Positions 54,981 through 64,000 of a DNA stretch of 64,000 bases are shown piece after piece. Both the position numbers and the translations under genes were made by a program. The notes under the pieces were generated by a model. It was not told where the DNA came from and made no database searches. It saw only the letters and a list, made by a program, of their open reading frames with translations. Every line of letters begins with the position of its first letter. Positions within the stretch are counted from its first letter, which is position 1. The stretch is taken from the NCBI RefSeq assembly GCF_009914755.1, contig NC_060933.1; one strand, 5' to 3'. Origin of the DNA: the human T2T-CHM13v2.0 reference genome, Homo sapiens.

Positions 54981-55599
54981 TGGACCTCACCTCGTGATAT
55001 GAGGAACGCCCTGTGAGTACAGACAGGGAAGGACTTGCTGTTGGCCATCTTTGGAGATTGCTGACCCTGGTTTGCAGATTCTTCTTAGGAACTGTGATCT
55101 TTGTGGTTGGGGAGTCATATGATCTGATTCTTTAACCTGCTGAACCTTGAGAAGCTAAGAGCAGCAAAGAAGGGGCCAGAAGTAGAGAAAGAAAGAAAAT
55201 TAGAGAGGCACAGAGGAAAGGATAAAAGAGGAATGAAGTCAGAGAAGTGGAGTCTCAGGAACCATGGATATGCAACTTTGTTTACAACGAACTTTCTGCT
55301 GCCTTTCTAATCTTCAAATCAAAATTTATTTTGGCCACCTTATTCCCAAGGGGCATAGCAGATCTGGTTCCTGACCAGTTCACCTTATTGGACCAATAAA
55401 TCTCATGTGTCACATGATCCACTGACTGTTTCTCTTGTGACTCTGTCCTGGTCTTGGTCATATTCCTAATGAGAACATGTTAATGTAGGGGTGATAGTAA
55501 TGCCCAACTTGAGTTGAGGAATTACAGAGCTAGATATGTGCTGAGGGTCCTGTCTTCTCTGCAGAGGCTGATTGCTTGGCTTATAAGAAATCACTTTTC

Positions 55600-55740
55600 A
55601 GCTGGGTATGGTGGCTCACGCCAGCAACCCCAGTGCTTTGGGAGGCTGAGGTGGAAGGATCAGCTTGAGGCCAGGAGTGTGAGACCAGCCTAGGCAACAA
55701 AGTGAGACACCATCTCTACAAAAAAAAAAAAAAAAAAAAA
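55600..55740 (+). mobile_element. FLAM_C-like Alu monomer
   Basis: Left-arm monomer with poly-A; TCACTTT flanks. Confidence 0.85.
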
Positions 55741-57499
55741 TTTTGAAGTCACTTTCCTGAGAAATGAGAGACAATGTGCTAAAAGGAGGGACTGAGGGAC
55801 CCGGGATAGGGCAGAATTTGCTGTTCACAAGAGGCTTGAAAGTGCCCTTGAGACATGTATGTTTTCACTAGGACTAAGCAACTCTGGCTTATAAGAGCTT
55901 TTAGCTCTCCTGAAAGTTGTGTCCCCAAATGATAAATATTTGTGTCTCACTCTGGTAGGAGAAGCAAGAGGCCTTTCATCCCTGTTGAAAGAGGAATGAG
56001 AAAGCAATGGTTATTATTATATCTTAAACACTTTATAAAAAGAAAATCAGGGACTTCCATAATATGAGTAAACCTGGCACTTCAGCATGCTGGAGAGGAA
56101 AGAGCAACAGTCGGTTCTGTTCACAGCAACGGGCCTGTGTTTGGCTTGTTGGCAAGGAGAGCTGGTCTGGGTGATGGTAATGTATCTGCCAAACTTCTGG
56201 CAGAAGTTTAAAGCATGTCAAGGGACTGAAACTGGGAGTAGGTTCTGTTGGGGTCTAAGGATTAGAGGTGCACAGGCAAACCAAGTCAGTGCATGTGGGA
56301 GCTCCTGAAATAGGTTGAGAGTGGTGAGAGTGTGGGCTTTGTGAGTGGTTGTGATTTATGATGTTTTGTTGGTTGCTGTGGTGCTGGGCTGTCAATCCAA
56401 GCATTCGTTTTGCTAAACCAGTTCAGAAAAATTTTAGTTCGGTGCCTTGTCTTTAATTATTTTTTTTCCAGTGCCATCGTGTTGTGTTCAGATGACTTTG
56501 CTCATGATTCTAGATCTTTATATTGAAATGCTTCCCCAAATTGAATTAAAACATAAAATGTTAAGAGTTAAATAAGTGGTTACGTTAACTGTCACGGGTC
56601 CTGTGCCATTTGTCTTATTAACCAGTGACTAATCAGGTTTTCTGGTACTTGGACTCCATGGCTCTGAGGACATACGTGTTAAATGGCAGTTAGAGTCTCA
56701 GCAAGACCACACAATTGTTCTTGTTTCAGTGGGAAAATGGAACTTGAATTCTAAGGAACAGGTATTTTGTTCTTCCACCCACCTACCATTCTCACTTCTT
56801 CCTTTGACATAATGGAATTGAAGTCCCAACACTTGCTGTCTTCTTTCTTGAGGAAGTGATGAGTTCCCAGCAGAAGCAATGGTGGTAGCCATTTTCATGC
56901 TTGCAGTGATAGTCAAGCAGGTGTTTGCCTTTGAGGCCTGTCTGTATATGTCCTAGAATATTAGTAAGAATATATGATACCTGTATATAGCACTTATCAG
57001 AAAGAATAGATTTTCTTTCATTTGTTCATTGACTGGTTGACTGACTCATTCATTCAGTATTATTTACCACCACTTAGGTTTTTGTGTTCTTGTTTCAGAT
57101 TTTCTACCCCACTGGAGAAAAGCATTTTTTAACATTTATTTGTAGCAGTATCAAAAGGCTGCATATGAGGGGGAAAAAAAGGGCACAATGATTAAATGAA
57201 GACCAGTAATATTTTCTTGGGGAATTAAAAGACAAAACAGAGTGTGAAAGAGAAGAATTCTAGGGTGGGATTAGCACCTTTTGAAGTAAAAGTTCCTGCT
57301 TTCTTAGAAGTTTCTTCTCATGAGGAAATAATTTGGTGAACTGCTCATATTTAAATAAAAACAACACATGTACGTGCACAAATTCATTGTTAACATTTAG
57401 GAAAAATATATGTTATTTCTGATAATTTAAAAAGAAGCATCACATTTGTTTAACATATTTAATTGTTAAGGAAAAATTTTTTAAAGCATTAATAAAGCC

Positions 57500-57826
57500 T
57501 TTTTTTATCTTTTTCTTTTTCTTTCTTTTTTTTTTTTTTTTTGAGACGGAGTCTTACCCTGTCACCCAGGCTGGAGTGCAGCAGCACGATCTCGGCTGAC
57601 TGTGTAACCTCCACCTCCTGGATTCAAGTGATTCTCCTGCCTCAGCCTCCTGAGTAGCTGGGATTATAGGCGTGTATCACCATGCCTGGCTAATTTTTGC
57701 ATTTTTAGTAGAGACGGGGTTTCACCATGTTGGCCAGGCTGGTCTCGATCTCCTGACCTCAAGTGACCCGCCCGCCTCAGCCTCCTAAAGTGCTGGGATT
57801 ACAGACGTGAGCCACTGCACCCAGCC
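57500..57826 (-). mobile_element. AluSx-like
   Basis: AAAGCCTTT on both flanks. Confidence 0.9.
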
Positions 57827-57955
57827 AAAGCCTTTCTTTCTTATTAGAATACTGCATGTGATGCCAGACAGATGTGACAGAGGCCAAACCCAGTTGGGAA
57901 GTTGATTTATACCCACATCCACCAATGAGCATACTAAGAACTTGAGGTGAGATGG

Positions 57956-58324
57956 TGATATGGTTAGGCTTTGTGTCCCCACCCAAATTTCATCTTGAAT
58001 TGTAATTCCCATAATCCCCACGTGTCAAGGGAGGGACCAGGTGGAGATAATTGAATCATGGTGGCATTTTTCCTCATCCTGTTCTCATGATGGTGAGTGA
58101 GTTCTCATGAGATCTCATGGTTTTATAAGGGGCTGTTTCCCCTTCACTTGGCACATCTCCTTCCTGCTACCTTGTGAGGAAGTTGCCTTGCTTCCCCTTC
58201 ACCTTCTGCCGTGATTGTATGTCTCTCCAGCCATGCTGAACTGTGAGTCAATTAAACCTCTTTCTTTTATAAGTTACCTGGTCTTGGGCAGTTCTTGCTA
58301 GCAGCATGAAAATGGACTAACACA
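57956..58324 (+). mobile_element. THE1 (THE1D-like) solo LTR, sense to ENTREP1
   Basis: TGATATGGTTAGGCTTTGTGTCCCCACCCAAAT...GGACTAACACA; perfect TSD GATGG. Confidence 0.9.
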
Positions 58325-59749
58325 GATGGCAAAGGTCAGGGACAGGTGTGAGGACTGAGAGTGGGACAGTGAGGACAGTTACAGGCTAGATGGGGATGAC
58401 AACTGCATGAAAGGAGAAGGAAAAAAGTACTAAGCTGGAGGATGGGCAGGAAGACAGAGAGATGGCCATAGTTCCTGATCTATTAAAAGTTTGTGAATTG
58501 ACAAGTACATTTGTTGAGGAGAGATGTATTGAACGCATTCTACATGTTGGGCACTGCTGTGGGCAGCTTTATAGACATGCTCTTATTTTGCTTTTTTTTT
58601 TTTTTTGGTTGTTCCTTTCAACAGCCATTTGAGGTATCACTCATTTTTTATAAGTAAATAAGTGAGACCCAGTGAGTTTCAGTAATTTGCTCAAGATTAT
58701 TCGGCTAGTAAGCCAATGGGCTGGAAATTAAACACCCATTTATCTCACTCCGAGTTCATGTTTTTTATTCCATTTTATGCTTTAAATTTAGTTTTTCCAT
58801 TTGTCAAGGTTATATGTGCACATGGTTTAAAGGGTCAAATAGTGCTGTAAGTCTGAAGAAGAAATTTTCAGTTCCTTGTCCCATTTTCAAAACACAATCA
58901 CTTCAACCAATTTCCAAAGGCAATCAGTCACTTAGGCATTGTAGACAATTAGGAAATCTTTCTCTGTTACATTTCGCCCCTCTGCCCCAACACGTACTTT
59001 TATAGTCCCTTTCTCGATAAAGTTATATCATGATTTTGGTCAGAGCAATTTTCAGTGTTTATTTTATTTTGACTATCCTCTTTCCTCTCCAGTAAAATAT
59101 TTTATTTTTCTTCAAGTTAACAAAGGTTAACTTGTTCAAAGGTCCTTCTTCATTTGCTTCATTTTTCTGTTATTATTGATACAAATGTCAACCATCCTCT
59201 TACTGTTTAAGTCCCTCTTCCATATATTCAAGTACATCTGTTGGATATTCTGTCACTTTCATCCTTCCTGGAGCCTTTTGACTTGCTCTATCTGGACTGG
59301 CTGCCCAGTAGGCTCTGCATGTTACTATCATCTTTATCATCCTTTCACCATTATCTTGGGCGTTCCCTTAACCTCTCTTGAGATGGATCCCTGTTTCCTG
59401 GATTCCATAGCTTCTTTTTTTCCCTCACTCCCCACAAATTTTGGTGGAGCATCCTGTAGTAGATTTCTGAGAAAAGGGTATATTAAAAACACATTTAAAA
59501 AATCTTGCATGTAAATTGCAAAAAAAAAAGTAAAAATATTTTTATCCTATTCAAACTTGATCAACATTTTTAGCTAAGTATAGGATTCCAAAATTGGAAT
59601 TCTCTCTCAAAATATTGAAGGCATGGCTCCATAGAATTTTGGCTTTCCAGTGAAAAATCTTTCAGCCTTTAGCTGTGGTTGAGATTTTCTTCTGGGTCCA
59701 AAGCTGTGGTCAGAAAAAGGAATCAGGAGTTCTAAGTGACTTTTTTTTA

Positions 59750-60320
59750 AAAAGGGATAATTTGTATATGGTACCATGCACAAATCTTAAATGTATAAAT
59801 TGCTGAATTTTTATACATGTATACACATGTATAATCATTATCCAGATCAAGATACAGAAATTTTCCAGTGTTCTATAAAGTTTCCTTATGCCTCTTCTCA
59901 GTTGATTCCTCTGTCTCCCTGCAGGAGTAACCACTGTTCTGATTTTTTTCTACCATAGGTTATTTTTATGTGTTCTAGAACTCTTTTTAATATGGAATCA
60001 TACAGCACATGCCCTTTTGTGTCTGGCTTCTTTCAGTCAATATAAGGTTTCTGAGATTCATCCATGTTTTATATGCATCCGTTGTTTGTTTCTTTTTATT
60101 GTTGAGTTTCATTCCACTTACGAAATGTACTATAATTTGTTCATCCATTCTTCTGTTATTGGCATTTTGGTTCTTTCCAGTTTTGGGCCATTATGGCATG
60201 TGCTATGAGCATTCTTGTCTATGTTTTTTTGTGAACATATGCAAAGGTCATAGAGTGGTATAAATTTAACTTTGTTAGAAACTGCTGATCATTTTCCATT
60301 GTGGTTGTACCAATTTCTAA
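59750..60320 (-). mobile_element. Old L1 (L1MB/MC/MD-type) 3' region
   Basis: GTAACCACTGTTCTGATTTT...ATGGAATCATACAG...GAGATTCATCCATG. Confidence 0.7.
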
Positions 60321-61219
60321 TTCTTTTTTTAATAGACTCTTGTCAGTATTATTTTGAGGCTCACTTTCATTCCAAAGAGTATCTGGTGCCACCATTTCTG
60401 AACATCTGGGGATTCTGAAGAGTAAATCCTGTTGAGTTTTGGCTTTCTTCATTGCTTTTGTGGGATTCAGTTTTCTCAGGACCACTGAGTCAATTCATTC
60501 TTGTCCACCAACTTTCTACCTTCTAAAATTTTGTTGCTGTTCTCATGTTCTCTCTATCCTTAAGGATTTCTGCGTTAAAAATATTTTCTTTTCCTGTCAT
60601 TTTAGTGGGTTTTCAGGAACTAGTAGAGCTAAATACTTATGCTCAATTCACCATTTAAAACCTATTAGTGAATAGGTTTTAAAATAAAAGTGTTAAACTA
60701 TTCTGCCTTCCCACGGTTACTGGAACTATTTATTTATTTAAACCTGCACAGTGGGTTTAAGTCGCATCTTGAGATTGGAGCAGTGGGGAAGTAAGGAGCA
60801 AAATAAAAGTCCTTAGGCAGTAGGGAAAGGTCAGCCTATTTAAAGAATGAAATCTTGTATCAAACAATACCAAGCTGTGATAGGCATAATTATTTAATGA
60901 TATTATGTGACAGGGATTATGAAGAAATCTTAGCAGGGAGGGATAGGCAAATTGAAGGTGATGTTGCTTCTTGATAGCCTCAGGTTCCCCAAACATTCTT
61001 TCATTGGGTCAGTTAATTGAGACCTGGAATGAACTGGGGGTACAATTACCAGAGATCAGAGCTGAGATGAATTCAAAATACTGAATTGAAAAACATAATT
61101 CGTTTTGCATAAAGGCAGCTGGTATAAGTATCATAAAGGCACCTGGTATAAATATCATAAAGTAGTCATGATTCAAATGAATAACAAAATATAAGAAAAG
61201 CATAGAAGACTTAACTCAT

Positions 61220-61658
61220 TGTGATGGTTAATACTGAGTGTCAACTTGATTGGATTGAAGGATGCAAAGTATTGATCCTGGGTGTGTCTGTGAGGGTGTT
61301 TCCAAAGGAGATTAACATTTGAGTCAGTGGGCAAGGAAAGGCAGACCCACCTTTAATCTGGGTGGGCACCATCTAATCGCTGCCAACGAATAGAAAGCAG
61401 GCAGAAAAATGCAAAAAAGCTAGACTGTCCTAGCCTCCCAGCCCACATCTTTCTCCTGTGCTGGATGCTTCCTGCCCTTGGACATCGGACTCCGAGTTCT
61501 TCAGCTTTGGGGCTCAGACCGGCTTCCTTGCACCTCAGCTTGCAGACAGCCTATTGTGGGACCTTGTGATTGTGTGAGTTAATACTACTTAATAAACCCC
61601 CTTTATATATCAATCTATCCTATTAGTTCTGCACCTCTAGAGAACCCTGACAAATACA
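61220..61658 (+). mobile_element. MLT2A1 (HERV-L) solo LTR, sense to ENTREP1
   Basis: TGTGATGGTTAATACTGAGTGTCAACTTGATTGGATTGAAGGATGCAAAG...GAGAACCCTGACAAATACA; 439 bp; TSD CTCAT/CGCAT. Confidence 0.88.
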
Positions 61659-62047
61659 CGCATGTCGCCAGTGCCTATGAGTGCACTAGCTCTTTGGATC
61701 TTGGATTGTGCAATGTATCCTTGAATAGTTGGATTTTGCTTCTTACTCATGAAGACCACAGGGCAATGTGGGGCAAGCCCTCTACTTTTTGGCGCCCACT
61801 GTCTCTCACGGTCTAAAATACAAGTTCTAGAAAGACAGTTCTCTGTCAACTTTGTGTTTTTCTGTTTCTTGAGAGTAAACCCCAATGATGCATTGGCTTC
61901 AGTAGAATTCAGGAGCAGTAACCCATAGTGTTCACTTAACTGGGCAAGTGATGATTAATTTGAAATGAGAACAATAGGAATGGGGCTTAATGAGCAGGAA
62001 AAAAATTAGGTTAAATATTAATGTAAGGAAAAATTTTATAGAGAAGT

Positions 62048-62516
62048 TGTATCAGTCAAGCTCCCAGCAGGAAACAGATGACACAATACAATTAGAATTG
62101 ACAAGTGGTTAGTAAAGGGACGACTCACAAAGATATGTGCAGGGTATGGGGAACAGTGAAACTGTTAACCTTTTCTAAGCCTGCAGGGAAGAGTGGGGGT
62201 GGTGGCAAGAATCTGGGAGTCAGAGTCATGTACAGAGGACCCCTGAGAGCCTGTGTGGCTTTCCTTTGAGGGACACAGCCAGCCTGAGGCTGCAGAGAAG
62301 GAACCAGGAGAATAACTCCTCCAGCCTCACTCTCTTCCCTCCCTGTGGTCTTCTTTCCGTCAGGGGTCCCTGTTGGTTGAGCTTCACTGGAGACCAGAGG
62401 GCAGAGTAGCCCCACTGAGCCAGTCTACATACAACAGCCTTGCCCATGGGTAGAGTAAAGGAAGGGTAAGTGTGGAGAGAGGCTGTGGCAGGGCAAACAG
62501 GAGATGCCCCACACAC
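62048..62516 (-). mobile_element. ERVL-class LTR (LTR41/33-like)
   Basis: TGTATCAGTCAAG..CCCAGCAGGAAACAGATG start and CACA end; subfamily uncertain. Confidence 0.5.
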
Positions 62517-62779
62517 AGATGTCAGTGGTCCAGTGTAGAGCGAGTTCCCTAAAGGAGGCTGCAGACATCATTCTTTTTGGACACGTTTTGGAAATAATGT
62601 AACTGCAGATTTATCTTAAAATTTGAATGTCCCTTCCAGCTGCCATAAATTCAGATGTCACAAGCAAAAGAATGAAATTCTGGTACCAAACCTAATGAAA
62701 TGTGTTTTGTGAAATTCACTTTACAATAACAAGCTGCTCCTGCAAAGAGGAAATACCCAGTAATAATAACACTGTGTAC

Positions 62780-62970
62780 ATTGTATTTTCCAGTATATAA
62801 AGGACTTCCATATAAATAATTTTAGGTGACTCTCTTAATAATTTTGTGAGGTAGCTGGGAAGATAGACCCACTTAATGGATGAGAAAAGTCTCACAGAAT
62901 TGGCCTAAGATATCACAGCAAACAAGTGGGAAAGCCTGAATTTGAGCCATGTCTCTAGATTTCAAATTCA
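62780..62970 (-). mobile_element. MIR
   Basis: GGATGAGAAAA...CACAGCAAACAAGTGG...GAATTTGAGCC. Confidence 0.55.
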
Positions 62971-63694
62971 GATTTGAGTTTCAAGAGAAACTCCGATCAC
63001 CTGCAATGATTTTTTTTTTTTTTAAGGCAAGAGTAATTTCTTATAAGAAATATAAGAAATTCTTCCCCTTCCCAGATGTTGCTGAGTCGTCTTTGTGACT
63101 ATAATGTGCTTTGGCAGCTGATATTTTCTTGTCGTCAGTTTAAGGAGGATGCCATCTGATGAAGCTTGAGATACAAATTTGGGTCTTGGAAGTGATCCCA
63201 TTATAACCAGGTAAAAGCTAGAGGCATCCATTCTGAAGGTCCCTGTAAACCCTGAGTTCTTTATGACTCCAATATTTTGTATCCTGGAAGATGATCCAAC
63301 TTCTGAAAGAGCTGTGTCTCATATATGCCACAGTTGTCTGTGCTAGAGTAATTCAGGTGACCATTTGGCTAAGTTTGACCAGAGTTTTAATAACATAATA
63401 GTAAAGTCATATGCCGGAATAAAGTTGAAGAACAGTGAATGGCGATTTTGTATACAGTCTATGTGTACAAATGATACCCCAGGCCTTCCTTCTGGGTTTT
63501 GCAGGAGTGGCATTCTAATGATTTGACTTTGACTTGTACTTGGCAGCCCCTCCAGTATAGGAGGGAAATGAAGCCTACCAGGCAGTGACTCCCTGGAGCA
63601 TTCTCTCAGCTTGTCTGTCAGTCAGACATTTTAGAAGTAGCCACATTCATTGTATGATCTCAGAATCCTGCCTTGACTGCTGGATTTAGGATTT

Positions 63695-64000
63695 TCTTTT
63701 TAAAAATAAGGTAAGTATGTTTTATATACAGTCCTGTTCCAGATTGCAAGTGTTCAGTTAGCTAAATTTTGACAATTTGAATAATGCATGTAACTACCAC
63801 CCAAAACAAAAGGTAGAACATTATCACCCCAGAACATTCTTCCGTGTGTTTCCAGTCAATCTCCTCCTTCCCTGCCCTCCTCACAAATAGGCAATCACTC
63901 TTCTAATTTCTATCAGTATAGATTATTTTGTCTATTCCTAAACTTTAAGTAAGTGAAATCATACAGTATCTGGCTAATTTCACTCAATGCAGTTTTAAAA
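63695..64000 (-). mobile_element. Old L1 3' end running off window
   Basis: CATGTAACTACCACCC...ATAGGCAATCACTCTTCTAATTTCTATC. Confidence 0.7.

Overview
Primate (very probably human) genomic DNA, dense in Alu, L1, LTR and DNA-transposon relics. I recognise it from memory as the BANCR / ENTREP1 (FAM189A2, C9orf61) locus on 9q21; no database was searched. Left end: a truncated minus-strand MER41 provirus (5' LTR 5580-6208, tRNA-Arg PBS, internal sequence to ~3467). Its LTR and splice sites fit the 5' part of the lncRNA BANCR. A two-LTR THE1D MaLR lies at 10767-13118. A CpG island at ~23150-24580 holds ENTREP1 coding exon 1 (23956-24369), which splices in frame to a 57-nt exon 2 (34821-34877). A probable second TATA/Inr promoter and non-coding exon (~28189-28362) is followed by a structured minisatellite. 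The rest is ENTREP1 intron; I found no exon 3 in the window. Most ORF-track entries are repeat or GC-content artefacts. I see no wholly new system. The best leads are regulatory: an ETS/CArG, tandem GAS and IRF module in the MER41 LTR; promoter or start-codon choice that would change ENTREP1 transmembrane topology; a 267-bp UG/UGCAUG array beside a candidate cryptic micro-exon; and two sense-oriented intronic LTRs (THE1D, MLT2A1) with intact splice donors. Repeat subfamily names are by eye and their boundaries are approximate unless stated.
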